Below are positions 35,991 to 45,618 of a stretch of 64,000 bases of DNA, piece by piece. The notes under the pieces are model-generated. The model made no database searches. It was not told where the DNA came from and worked only from the letters and a program-made list of their open reading frames with translations. The DNA comes from an uncultured Gammaproteobacteria bacterium. GTDB lineage: Bacteria > Patescibacteriota > Microgenomatia > Woykebacterales > RBG-16-39-9b. Both the position numbers and the translations under genes were made by a program. Numbering within the stretch: position 1 is the stretch's first letter; each line of letters starts with the position of its first letter. Location: assembly GCA_965231125.1 (NCBI GenBank), contig OZ246414.1, positions 281,512 through 345,511 of the forward strand, given 5' to 3'.

Positions 35991-37423
35991 TTTTTACCTA
36001 TAATTACCTGCGCATCTACCGCGGAAGAGTTTCCGATGGACCCCCCGTTAACTACAGTATATCTACTTGATAAATCCTTTGTCAAGAGAGATAGGTACTC
36101 TGTTTTGGATTTTTTAAGTCTAATTTCTGTTTTTATAAAGTTATAATTTGCTGCGTTGCCAGTGGAAACAACTCTGTAACCTTTTGCTTCAAGAAAATCT
36201 TTAGCTTCAGAAGCTGCTCCGGGTACGCCGTTGCCGTTTAGGACCTCAATTTTAAAGTCAGATCTTTTTAAGGCTACCTTAACAGCCGGTTTTTTTGCCG
36301 CCGCCGGTGTAGATTGTTTTGGTTTTTCCACTTTTGCGGAGGTACTGGCTGAGACACTTGCAGAAGTAGTAGACTGCCTAGCAGTGGAAACAGTCGACGG
36401 AACTTTTGTCGATTCATTTTTTGCCGCCGAGTTATTCAATACCTTGGATCCAAACCAAACCAGGAGTATAAGAATTAAAACCGTTGCGATAGCACCAAAA
36501 ATCATTTTCAAGTTGAGCTTTGGGAGTTCCACCGACTCAGCTGCTTTAACTAAGGTGTCTTTGATATGAAAAGCGGGTATTTGTTTTGGTAGACCGGCGG
36601 CAGCGGCTAGTTTCTTAAATCTAACTAAATCTTGGCTTGCAATAGCCACTTTACCTAGTGATATACCAAAAGGTTTAGCGGCAATACTGCCTTCTGTTAA
36701 AATATTAACAATTTCGTCTTCGTTTTCTCCAACTACCCAAGTCTCAAAATCGAGTTTTTCAGAAAGATTTTTAATCTCACTTGTGACGATTTCTTTAACC
36801 CAGCTGGTTAGCTTAGCTTTTTCGACAGCCGCCTCCTTAAACTTTTTGGTGGTGGTGAAGTAAATTCCACCTTCAAAGATTACAACAAGAAGAAGGGTTT
36901 CCCCCTCCATAGATAAAATCAAGGTTGGTTTAATAGCTTTTTCAAGAAACGGAAGGAAGATGGTGGGTTCCAAAACAATGGAGTGAATCTCTAAACCTAC
37001 TTCTTTAAAAAGTTTTTGATAGGCTGAGATTAAATCTCGTGGAGTTGCGGCAAGCTGAATGTTTTTATTCGGTAGTAGCCTCAAACTAGTAAAGCTTCCC
37101 GCAAGTGGGTAGGGAACTTCCTCTTGCAACTCGCGGTTTTTGAGAAGCTGCTCCTGGTCAGTGGCAATTTTCAGTACTTTTAGAAAACCAGCTTCTTCAC
37201 TGAGCAAAACTGTTATGGGATGCGATTTTAAAGAAGGATTTTGCTTAATAATGTCGGAAAGTTTTGATTTTACTTGCTCAAAGTTGACAATTGCGCCCTC
37301 TTCTATCAGCCCAGCCGGCAGTTCTTCATAGAAACCTTCCAAAATATCAAAACTAGAACCCTCTTTTTCAACTAAAGCAGCTTTTATAAATTTTTCCCTG
37401 AAACTGAAAATAATCTCTTTCAT
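35987..37423 (-). CDS. PilM-like domain, TM segment and LytR C-terminal-like domain fusion
   Basis: LPAGLIEEGAIVN and Y..LF...GL PilM-like; IEVLNGNGVPGAA...GNA...VIIG LytR_C-like. Confidence 0.65.
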   Translation of the reverse strand: MKEIIFSFREKFIKAALVEKEGSSFDILEGFYEELPAGLIEEGAIVNFEQVKSKLSDIIKQNPSLKSHPITVLLSEEAGFLKVLKIATDQEQLLKNRELQEEVPYPLAGSFTSLRLLPNKNIQLAATPRDLISAYQKLFKEVGLEIHSIVLEPTIFLPFLEKAIKPTLILSMEGETLLLVVIFEGGIYFTTTKKFKEAAVEKAKLTSWVKEIVTSEIKNLSEKLDFETWVVGENEDEIVNILTEGSIAAKPFGISLGKVAIASQDLVRFKKLAAAAGLPKQIPAFHIKDTLVKAAESVELPKLNLKMIFGAIATVLILILLVWFGSKVLNNSAAKNESTKVPSTVSTARQSTTSASVSASTSAKVEKPKQSTPAAAKKPAVKVALKRSDFKIEVLNGNGVPGAASEAKDFLEAKGYRVVSTGNAANYNFIKTEIRLKKSKTEYLSLLTKDLSSRYTVVNGGSIGNSSAVDAQVIIGKK

Positions 37424-37448
37424 AAGGAATAGTCTTCGCGTACTATTT

Positions 37449-37820
37449 TTAAGGCTTTTCTTTCCAGGATAGCACTTTAACTTGGCTCCCAGCTGTGTCG
37501 GCTGTTACTTCAAGTGTTCTGGTCTCATTGCTAGTTGAGGCCTCAGAATCGATAGTGTTTATTGTACCATTTTTGGCAATTGTAATATCAACGTTTACAC
37601 CATTTATAGACAGCGTGTCGTGTGAGTAATCTGGGTTCCTCAGCAGCCCTAACAAAGCTTCTTCCGCTCCGGATTCCGCCGCAAAGTAAACATTGTTTGA
37701 AACACCCGACCTGCCGGCCGTTTGCGAAAGGCTTGTTGCCACCAAGGAGGCGGCGAAAGCCAAACTGGCCACAGCCATAATTAACAAAATTGAAACTAAA
37801 GCTTGACCTTTTTGATTCAT
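37449..37820 (-). CDS. Minor pilin (PilX-like)
   Basis: KGQAL, AAESGAEEAL, C-terminal SWKE. Confidence 0.8.
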   Translation of the reverse strand: MNQKGQALVSILLIMAVASLAFAASLVATSLSQTAGRSGVSNNVYFAAESGAEEALLGLLRNPDYSHDTLSINGVNVDITIAKNGTINTIDSEASTSNETRTLEVTADTAGSQVKVLSWKEKP

Positions 37821-38329
37821 CTTATACCTACCACTGTGTTAAAGTTTTGGGTTTTAGGACCCTCGGTTGAGCTTCCTGATAAGGTAAAATCAATCAACAC
37901 TGTGGGTTTTCCTTCGGCGCTACCAATACTCGTGAATTTTAAATTTGAAGCAGTAACTAGACTTCCGGTTATGGGTACTGCCGAGCTTGCAGGTGCTTGT
38001 AAATTTATTTCTGGTCCGGAAAGCGAGTAGATGTAATTATCCGCCCCGATTTTTAAGTTTAAGATTGAGCCGGAATCTCCGGGACTGCCCGGGCTGACGA
38101 TCTTATCCGCCCGTCGTATATCGTAAGCTAGCCTTTCTAGAACGAAATTTCCTTCAATCACAACACTACTTTTTGATTTAGATTCTAAAAAGCTTTCCGA
38201 AATTGACAAAAAGAGGTTAGTAATTATCAAAAGAATCACGGACAGAAGTCCAAAGTAGACTATTATTTCTATAAGAGTAAACCCGTCTAAATTTTTTCTA
38301 CTAAGTTTTGTTTGAGACTTAATTTTCAT
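37817..38329 (-). CDS. Minor pilin (PilW-like)
   Basis: GFTLIEII, L..DIRRA. Confidence 0.85.
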   Translation of the reverse strand: MKIKSQTKLSRKNLDGFTLIEIIVYFGLLSVILLIITNLFLSISESFLESKSKSSVVIEGNFVLERLAYDIRRADKIVSPGSPGDSGSILNLKIGADNYIYSLSGPEINLQAPASSAVPITGSLVTASNLKFTSIGSAEGKPTVLIDFTLSGSSTEGPKTQNFNTVVGIR

Positions 38330-38331
38330 AA

Positions 38332-40206
38332 TTACGGAGAATAATTAACGCTCGTGTTTTGTAAAATTGGTGTAGCGTTTCCACCGCTAGTAAAGGTTAC
38401 TTTGTATCTGAAGTATTGGCCACTCACATAACTGAGTGGTATGGAGGCCGGATTTTGGTAGGATGTGCTATTTGTTCCATCAGGTCCAACCCAGTTCCAC
38501 GTTGCGTTGTTATTATTCGTGGCTATTTGGAAGGCTAGGCTTGTACCAGCCGGCACTTGGGCTGTCCAATTTAAGTAATTAAATCCAGCGTTTGCTCCCG
38601 CGTCAAAAGTTGGGGATTCATATGTTCCGAAGTTTTGGAAGCCAACTGAACTACTACCCGAAACAATTTGAAGCTCAGCTGAATTTGCTGAAGAGGCTAA
38701 GTACGCATAGCCATTAAATATTGCGACAGCTAAGGCGTCAGCTCCAAGGTTAATAGAGCTATAAATGAAAGAGCTGCCTGGCACATTAAGATCAATAATC
38801 TTCAACTGCGAGCCAGTTTGTCCGTTAGCTACAAAAGCAAGACTGCCAGAAACATACACGCTATAAGCGGTTCCACCGACCCCGTAGGTCCGCACAAGAT
38901 TTATGTTTGGAAGGTTACTAACATTTAAAACATAGACATTAGAACCAGCTGCAAGGTATGCTGTACCGTCTACAACATAGACACTTAGGGCGGCAAAAGG
39001 TCCGGAGGTGTTGTAATAGCCCACCACCGATGGCTGGGCAGGGTTGGAGATATTGAGAACTTTGAGTTCAGCTGTATTACTGGTTGAGGCAACGTAAGCG
39101 AAATTACCCGAGATGAACGCATCTCTTGTGGTAGACCCCAAGTCCGTACCACCTATCAGATTAGGTGCCACTGGGTTAGAGACATCAATAGTGTAAAACT
39201 CATAACCTGGTGCAGCAGTATTATTATTTGTAACCAAATAGACCGTGCTACCCGACGAAGCAACGCTGCGAGCATCACTATTTGAGGACGGGGTATCAAA
39301 GTGATTTCCGTAGAGTTTTGGATTTGTCGGGTCAGATACGTCTACAACTGTAAGTTCCCGGTGATCGTCAGAGGTAGCGATGTAGGCGTAATTTTCGGAA
39401 ACAACCACAGAATGACCTGTGGATCCAAGGTCCAGAGACCCCAAAAGGGTTGGGCTTGTGCCGGTGGTCGTGTCATAAATAAAGAAGTCGGCTCCAGACC
39501 TAGACTCTGTTACTAAGTAGGCTTTTCCACAGCTAACAAATACATCAAGAGCGTCCTGCGGTCCGGGAAAGTCCCTACTCGCTATTATAGTAAGCGATTT
39601 CCAATTGGTAACGGGAGCTGAAAGCAGCTGAATTTCCCCACCACTGGTATTGGTCACTTTGGTGCAGACAGTTGACCCCTTTAAGAAGTCAGTGTCACTA
39701 GTCTGCTGCCAAGTGGTGTTACCTAAGTACCGGGTTAAATAAAAAGTTTGGCCTACACTTCCGCCAAAAAAGGAAGCCCATGAGGTAGTTACGGTTACCT
39801 TTTTGGTGGAAGGATCCACGCGCCCCGTAGGGCATTCAACTAGGGCGTTGGAGTTGTCACGACAAGCAGAGGCTAAATTGATTTGTCTGGTAAGGCCAGA
39901 TACCGTCTCTGGTCCTAAAACTAAACTCCACCTTGTACCCGTATTAACCACATGGTAAGTACCATTTTTTAAATTTCCCCAACCCCCTTCCCTTACGGAT
40001 CGTACGGCTTCCGCCTGCATAAGAGCCGAAGTTTGCGCTGTTAGAATATTCGCCGCTTGATCGCGATTTTCCCTCACGCCTATCAGTAGTAGGCCGACGC
40101 TACCTAAAACAATAATTAATATTCCAAAACCAACAACGAGTTCCACCAAAGCCTGACCTTTGTTTTCGTTAAAAGACTCTAGTCCAGCTAGCCTGCTAAT
40201 TAACAT
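38332..40206 (-). CDS. Minor pilin fused to LVIVD-repeat beta-propeller
   Basis: GQALVELVV, EAVRS; repeated V..NYAY.A...EL.V.DVS.P..P. Confidence 0.8.
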   Translation of the reverse strand: MLISRLAGLESFNENKGQALVELVVGFGILIIVLGSVGLLLIGVRENRDQAANILTAQTSALMQAEAVRSVREGGWGNLKNGTYHVVNTGTRWSLVLGPETVSGLTRQINLASACRDNSNALVECPTGRVDPSTKKVTVTTSWASFFGGSVGQTFYLTRYLGNTTWQQTSDTDFLKGSTVCTKVTNTSGGEIQLLSAPVTNWKSLTIIASRDFPGPQDALDVFVSCGKAYLVTESRSGADFFIYDTTTGTSPTLLGSLDLGSTGHSVVVSENYAYIATSDDHRELTVVDVSDPTNPKLYGNHFDTPSSNSDARSVASSGSTVYLVTNNNTAAPGYEFYTIDVSNPVAPNLIGGTDLGSTTRDAFISGNFAYVASTSNTAELKVLNISNPAQPSVVGYYNTSGPFAALSVYVVDGTAYLAAGSNVYVLNVSNLPNINLVRTYGVGGTAYSVYVSGSLAFVANGQTGSQLKIIDLNVPGSSFIYSSINLGADALAVAIFNGYAYLASSANSAELQIVSGSSSVGFQNFGTYESPTFDAGANAGFNYLNWTAQVPAGTSLAFQIATNNNNATWNWVGPDGTNSTSYQNPASIPLSYVSGQYFRYKVTFTSGGNATPILQNTSVNYSP

Positions 40207-40642
40207 TTACAGCTCCAAATCTGTTTATTGTAAAAGTTTTGGTTTCGCCAGAGGCGCTTTTTAAAATAAAACTTCCGCCGGAAGTTTCTCCAGATAACCT
40301 TGAAAAGAGCACGTTACCTCCCGGTGCGTTAATCGATTCAATTGATAGGCTAGGATCCAGTGTGGTAACCAAGTTAGTACTGCTACTTGGGTTGTAAGAA
40401 CTACCGTCGAAAAGAACAAATTTACCCCTGTCAAAATGGACGCCGGAAGTTTCTTGTCCTGAGGCCGCCAAATTCTGGGCTTCTTTCAAAGTGACGTAGA
40501 TCAGATTTTCGCTGGAACTTATATCAGCAAAAGCTTTTGGTCTGCTAAGATTTACTAAAAGCAACGTGCTAATAATTGAAAACAGAGCGACAGCAACCAT
40601 TAGCTCCACTAAAGTAAACCCTTTTGAGGCACCAGACTTCAT
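40196..40642 (-). CDS. Minor pilin (FimT/GspH-like)
   Basis: GFTLVELMV; AQ..A; F...G. Confidence 0.85.
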   Translation of the reverse strand: MKSGASKGFTLVELMVAVALFSIISTLLLVNLSRPKAFADISSSENLIYVTLKEAQNLAASGQETSGVHFDRGKFVLFDGSSYNPSSSTNLVTTLDPSLSIESINAPGGNVLFSRLSGETSGGSFILKSASGETKTFTINRFGAVNVN

Positions 40643-41727
40643 GTTGGGTTTATTTGAGAAATAAGTTGATAAATTGGTGCTATGATTGATAGTATTACGG
40701 CGGCAACAATAACACCAACAATAATAATCAGGGCAGGTTCTAAAACTACAGAAAATGATTTAATTTCTCTTTCAAGTTTATCTTGGTAGTAAACCGAAAC
40801 TTCGGACAAAACTTTATCTAGATTACCAGTTTTTTCTCCGGTCCCGATTATCCGGCTCATAAGCGCGGGAAAAGTTTTATATTCTCTTAAAGAGCCGGCT
40901 AGAGATTTACCCCCCGTTAGTTTGTGGGCTACTTCTCCCAACTCTTCTTTGGTAGTCTTGTTAACTACAACTGTCGTTGCCCTTTCGACACCCTCTATAA
41001 TTGGTACACCAGCTGATAGAAGAAGAGCTAAGGTGGAGGAGAATCTTGATAGGTCGACATATCTTAAAATGCCACTAAAAAAAGGTAGGCGGAAGCCTAA
41101 AGTTATGATCCTTTCTCTAAAAGATTTGTTTGAGAATAGAAATAATGTTAGGGCAGCTAAGATAGCGATTCCTAGACCAAAGATTAGATAGTATCTATGA
41201 ATCGATAAAGCGACTGCCAAAAATATTCTTGTCGGAAGAGGTTTGGGAACATTTAAGCGCGTAAATATTACAGCGACTCTTGGGACAACAAAACCAAAAA
41301 GTACCACTAAGACAACTGCTAGAACTCCCAAGACTATTGCTGGGTAAAGCATAGCTGCCTTTACGTCACTCTTCAGCTTATCAATATCTCTAAGGTTTTT
41401 GACTAGTTGCAAAAGTACTTTGTCTAAATTTCCACTTTCCTCACCGGCTTTTACCGTATTTATAAAAATTGGGTCGAATATAGCGGGAAACTGGGAAAAA
41501 CTTTCCGCAAGGCTCTGCCCCGATTGGACGGAATCTATAACAGCGCCAATTACAGATTTTGAGTTTTTCGAGAGAGAATCGTCTTTAACTGCTTCAAGAG
41601 CTTCTAGTATAGGGATACCGGAAGAAAGCATAATTGACAAACTCTCGATGAACGTAAGCTTTTCGATAAAGGGAAGCCGAAGCTTTTGAGGAATTATTTT
41701 TGGTTTTTTATCTTCGTTATTTGGCAT
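40639..41727 (-). CDS. pilC: Type IV pilus/T2SS inner membrane platform protein (PilC/GspF)
   Basis: SGIPILEAL, GEESGNLD, A.LYP, GEKTGNLD, LEP. Confidence 0.93.
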   Translation of the reverse strand: MPNNEDKKPKIIPQKLRLPFIEKLTFIESLSIMLSSGIPILEALEAVKDDSLSKNSKSVIGAVIDSVQSGQSLAESFSQFPAIFDPIFINTVKAGEESGNLDKVLLQLVKNLRDIDKLKSDVKAAMLYPAIVLGVLAVVLVVLFGFVVPRVAVIFTRLNVPKPLPTRIFLAVALSIHRYYLIFGLGIAILAALTLFLFSNKSFRERIITLGFRLPFFSGILRYVDLSRFSSTLALLLSAGVPIIEGVERATTVVVNKTTKEELGEVAHKLTGGKSLAGSLREYKTFPALMSRIIGTGEKTGNLDKVLSEVSVYYQDKLEREIKSFSVVLEPALIIIVGVIVAAVILSIIAPIYQLISQINPT

Positions 41728-41741
41728 TTGGGCAAGTCCTA

Positions 41742-43427
41742 CTACTCTCTAACCGCCTGAATCACTTCTTCGATTGTGGTCAGTCCGGACGCAACTTTTG
41801 CAAGGCCATCCTCAACCATCAGTTTAAAACCTTCAGCGTGAGCTACTTCCAGAATTTTTTGAATAGAAGCTTTTTCAAAAATTAATTTTTTAATATTTTC
41901 GCTTACCTCTAAAACCTCAAAAATACCGATCCGCCCTCTAAAACCCGTCCCGGAACACTCTTGACAACCCTTGCCTCGCCTGGCCTCAACTGTTCCACCC
42001 AAAAATGGGGCAACCACTTCTTTACCAAATTCTGTGGCCAGGCCCTGGAGAACCTCCTCTTTAATAACATCTTTTACCAAACAAGACGAGCAGTTTCGAG
42101 CAACCAGCCGTTGGGATATAACCAAATTTAAAGTAGAACCAATTAGATATGGTTGGGCTCCCAGATCGTAAAGCCGGGGAATTGTGCTGATAGCATCGTT
42201 AGTGTGAAGTGAAGAGAGCACAAGGTGTCCAGTCAAGGCGGAATGAATAGCAATTTCTGCCGTCTCCTCGTCTCTTATCTCACCAACTAATATGACGTTG
42301 GGGTCGTGACGAAGTATTGATCGTAGTCCTGAAGCGAAAGTTAGGCCGGCTTTTGGATTTATCTGCATTTGGTTTACCCTAGTCAATCCGTATTCTATCG
42401 GGTCTTCAATTGTACAGATATTAACTCCGGCGGTATTTATTAAAGTTAGTATGTTATATAAAGTTGTGGTCTTTCCGCTTCCCGTCGGGCCGGTGGAAAG
42501 AACCATACCGTGAGATTTTTGAATACCTTCTTTTACTAATTGTAAATTGGCTCCGGTTAAACCCAAGTCTTCTAGAGTTTTAGGGCGGGCGGCTGCCGAG
42601 AGAAGGCGTAAAACAGCATCTTCTCCATGAAAAGTTGGCAGCACCGAAACCCTAACCGATATTTCATCGGTTCTGTGTTTAAAACGAAATCTTCCGTCTT
42701 GAGGAGTTCGATGTTCGTCGGTTCTTAGATTAGACAATATTTTTATGCGGGTTATCAATCCGGCTTGAATACTCTCTGGCAGATCTAAAACATCGCGGAG
42801 TTTCCCATCTACTCTGAAGCGGATAATTATTTTTTCGCCGATGTTTTCAATATGGATGTCGCTCGCTCTTTCCGAGGCACCAAACTCCAAAATCGTGTCT
42901 AAAATTTTCACGACCGGAAGATCTTCACCACCCAAAGAAGAGTCCTTAGCGCCAGTAAGGTTTTCCTCGACTGTCTTTTGGAAATCTTTCTTTATATCCG
43001 CGTTGTATTGATCCAAAAGCTCATTAATTATCGATGGTAGGGTAAAATAGACTTCGACTGGCCCTCTCAATTTTTTCTTAACAAAGTCGACTGTTTCAGG
43101 ATCCTGCGGATTTTCGAAGGCCACTTTGAGTTTTGAGCCTTCTTTATCAAAAACCGCAGCCCTCTTCTTAGTGGCTACTTCCTCTGGTAAAAGATCACGG
43201 ATTTCTTTTTTGATAACGCGGTCACGAAGGTCTGCGTATGGGTATCCGGCTGCCTCCGCCAAAATTTGGCCGAGAAATTTTTCTAAAATCACACCCCGCT
43301 CAATTAGTTCGTCACTTAGAGGTTTCCCAAGGTCAGTTGCAGCTTTTTCAGCCTCGGCTAGTTCTGCCGGATCTACCAATCCGGATTTGAGAATAAGTTT
43401 CTTAAGTTCATCATTTTCAAGTATCAT
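41742..43427 (-). CDS. pilB: Type IV pilus assembly ATPase (PilB/GspE)
   Basis: ASDIHIE, PQDGR, GPTGSGKTTTLY, EDPIEY, GEIRD, LHTN, CxxC pairs. Confidence 0.95.
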   Translation of the reverse strand: MILENDELKKLILKSGLVDPAELAEAEKAATDLGKPLSDELIERGVILEKFLGQILAEAAGYPYADLRDRVIKKEIRDLLPEEVATKKRAAVFDKEGSKLKVAFENPQDPETVDFVKKKLRGPVEVYFTLPSIINELLDQYNADIKKDFQKTVEENLTGAKDSSLGGEDLPVVKILDTILEFGASERASDIHIENIGEKIIIRFRVDGKLRDVLDLPESIQAGLITRIKILSNLRTDEHRTPQDGRFRFKHRTDEISVRVSVLPTFHGEDAVLRLLSAAARPKTLEDLGLTGANLQLVKEGIQKSHGMVLSTGPTGSGKTTTLYNILTLINTAGVNICTIEDPIEYGLTRVNQMQINPKAGLTFASGLRSILRHDPNVILVGEIRDEETAEIAIHSALTGHLVLSSLHTNDAISTIPRLYDLGAQPYLIGSTLNLVISQRLVARNCSSCLVKDVIKEEVLQGLATEFGKEVVAPFLGGTVEARRGKGCQECSGTGFRGRIGIFEVLEVSENIKKLIFEKASIQKILEVAHAEGFKLMVEDGLAKVASGLTTIEEVIQAVRE

Positions 43428-43792
43428 TTGGAGTACTCTTTAATTTTATCAACAACATCTTGCGGAGTAATTTCTGTTTTCATCAGCACTTCTTTTGCCC
43501 CTAGCTCTCGGCACTTAGTTACCTCCTCCTCGGTTATACTCAGATTAGTCAGAACAATCACCGGGATGTCTTTTGTTTTTGGATCCTCTTTTAATTTTTC
43601 CAGTACTTGAGCCCCGCTTATCTTGGGTAGCATAATGTCTAAAATAATGGTGTCTGGGTTAGTAGTCTTTGCCTTTTCCACACCTTCTTCGCCATCCAAG
43701 GCCGTTTCCACATCGAAGCCGTCGTGGGTGAACTTCATGTCGTACATTTTTACCATTAAAGAATCGTCTTCAATAAGAAGGACTTTAGCCAT
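43424..43792 (-). CDS. Single-domain response regulator
   Basis: IEDD, LDIMLP, VLTN, K. Confidence 0.93.
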   Translation of the reverse strand: MAKVLLIEDDSLMVKMYDMKFTHDGFDVETALDGEEGVEKAKTTNPDTIILDIMLPKISGAQVLEKLKEDPKTKDIPVIVLTNLSITEEEVTKCRELGAKEVLMKTEITPQDVVDKIKEYSK

Positions 43793-44582
43793 TTTCCTCC
43801 TGCTTTAGCCTTGCGGCAACTTCCGCCGCTTTTGAACTACCTGCGATTGGCAACGAAAAACAAAACCGGGTACCTTTACCTGGGTAAGACTGCGCAAGCC
43901 AAATTTTGCCACCAAGTTTTTCAATAAATTTTTTGGAAACATAAAGACCCAAGCCACTACCTCCAGAAATTCTGTTTTCCTTTGGGGATGCTTGCGAAAA
44001 TTTTTCAAAGAGTTCTTTTTGCTTATCGACAGCTATTCCTGGGCCGGTATCAGCCACACTAGTGATTACAAATCCGCCTTCTTGAGCAAAACTTACCTTA
44101 ATCTCTCCATCCCGAGTAAATTTCATTGCGTTACCCACTAAATTTATTAGTACTTGTATTAGCTTATCGGAATCCGCTTGAACTTTTGATAACGGAGAAA
44201 CCGGTTCTTCAAGAACCAAAGTAAGATGCTTTTCTTGGGCTGCTATTTTCAGCGAATGGAGAAGTAATTTGGATTGCTCCACCACGTCGACATTCTGCCG
44301 AAGGGTGAAAGGCATTCGCCCGCTTTCCAGACGCCCTATTTCAAGCATACCGTTTACCAAGCGAATTTCTCGTTCGATTGCTAAGAGCATTTCGGTGAGC
44401 ACATCTTTAACTTCTTTGGATATTGGTCCTGCGTCCCCGGCAATAAGCATGGTCAAGTAACCTTTTATCGTGGACATCGGAGTGCGCAGCTCATGGGAAA
44501 CAATTGAAATGAATTCGTCTTTTACTGTGTCAACACTATCTTTTTGCGAAGGGTTGGTGGAAGGTAGATCTTGATTTTCCAT
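43785..44582 (-). CDS. Cytoplasmic histidine kinase without sensor domain
   Basis: SHELRTP, NLVGNAMKFT, DTGPGI, GSGLGL. Confidence 0.92.
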   Translation of the reverse strand: MENQDLPSTNPSQKDSVDTVKDEFISIVSHELRTPMSTIKGYLTMLIAGDAGPISKEVKDVLTEMLLAIEREIRLVNGMLEIGRLESGRMPFTLRQNVDVVEQSKLLLHSLKIAAQEKHLTLVLEEPVSPLSKVQADSDKLIQVLINLVGNAMKFTRDGEIKVSFAQEGGFVITSVADTGPGIAVDKQKELFEKFSQASPKENRISGGSGLGLYVSKKFIEKLGGKIWLAQSYPGKGTRFCFSLPIAGSSKAAEVAARLKQEENG

Positions 44583-44736
44583 ACTTTATAAGTAGATTCT
44601 CCACTTTAGTTTACTCTACGTTCGAGTTTGCAGTCAACCCAATCGATCCATCTTGGGCAACCCTTTAAAGGCACTTTCCACTCTTGATTAAAACCAGCTA
44701 AACTTCTAATATTAACGTAACTTTCTCACTACTATT

Positions 44737-45033
44737 ATGGTAAAAACTTTAATTATCGAATATTTTTTATTTACTTCAATTTGTAGTTTTGCCACTCTGC
44801 AAATAGTAGCTTCTTTGAAGAAAAGGGGAGAGTGGAGAATTTTAAAAAATGAAGCCTTAACTATTGTTTTGTCCTTGGTTTTGGTTATTGCTAGCTTTTG
44901 GTGGTTTTTTACTATTAGAAATCGCAACGTTCACACGGCTCTGGAAGGAGCCCAACTTTCAACTGTTTTTGGCTGGGGAGCGTTTTTCAGCTTAGTTGTC
45001 ACAAAACTTATTAAAAAATTATGGACCTTTTAG
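44737..45033 (+). CDS. Hypothetical membrane protein
   Basis: 3 TM ORF overlapping next gene. Confidence 0.65.
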   Translation: MVKTLIIEYFLFTSICSFATLQIVASLKKRGEWRILKNEALTIVLSLVLVIASFWWFFTIRNRNVHTALEGAQLSTVFGWGAFFSLVVTKLIKKLWTF

Positions 45034-45617
45034 AGGTTGATCATAATCTATTTTTGTCAATAAACGGTCTAGTTGGTAAGAACCAGATTTTTGACAACAT
45101 AGCAAAACTTATGGTTAATGAATACTTTATTCCAACTCTTTTGTCAGCTTTCTTATTTGCGCTCTGGTTTTACTGGGAGAAGGAAGATAAAGATACAAAA
45201 CAAAAGGGGGTTGTAGCTGGTGTTTTGGGCGTTGGTTTAGGGAGCTTGGCAGTTGTTTCGGCTATAAACTTTCTTGTTCAAAGGGCGAGACCCTTTGACA
45301 TTCTTCACGTTAATTTACTGTATTATCGACCGACAGACCCTTCCTTTCCTGCCAATTCCGCAGTAGTAGCGTTTGCAATTGCGACGGCTATATACTTAGC
45401 CGAAAAAAAGTTGGGTATTGCCGCATTGTTAATCGCTGCCTTTTACGGTTTCTTAAGAGTTTTTGTTGGAGTGCATTTTCCTTCAGATGTCTTGGCGGGA
45501 GCAACTGTCGGCATAGCCTCAACTTTGTTTGTGAGTTTGTTTGATCCAATACTTGCGCAAATTGTAGGTTTACTCAGAAAATTGTTAAAGGTGCTTTATT
45601 TAGAGGAGTTTTCGTGA
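45021..45617 (+). CDS. PAP2-family phosphatase (undecaprenyl-PP phosphatase-like)
   Basis: RARPF, PSFPANS, RVFVGVHFPSDV. Confidence 0.88.
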   Translation: MDLLEVDHNLFLSINGLVGKNQIFDNIAKLMVNEYFIPTLLSAFLFALWFYWEKEDKDTKQKGVVAGVLGVGLGSLAVVSAINFLVQRARPFDILHVNLLYYRPTDPSFPANSAVVAFAIATAIYLAEKKLGIAALLIAAFYGFLRVFVGVHFPSDVLAGATVGIASTLFVSLFDPILAQIVGLLRKLLKVLYLEEFS

Positions 45618-45618
45618 G

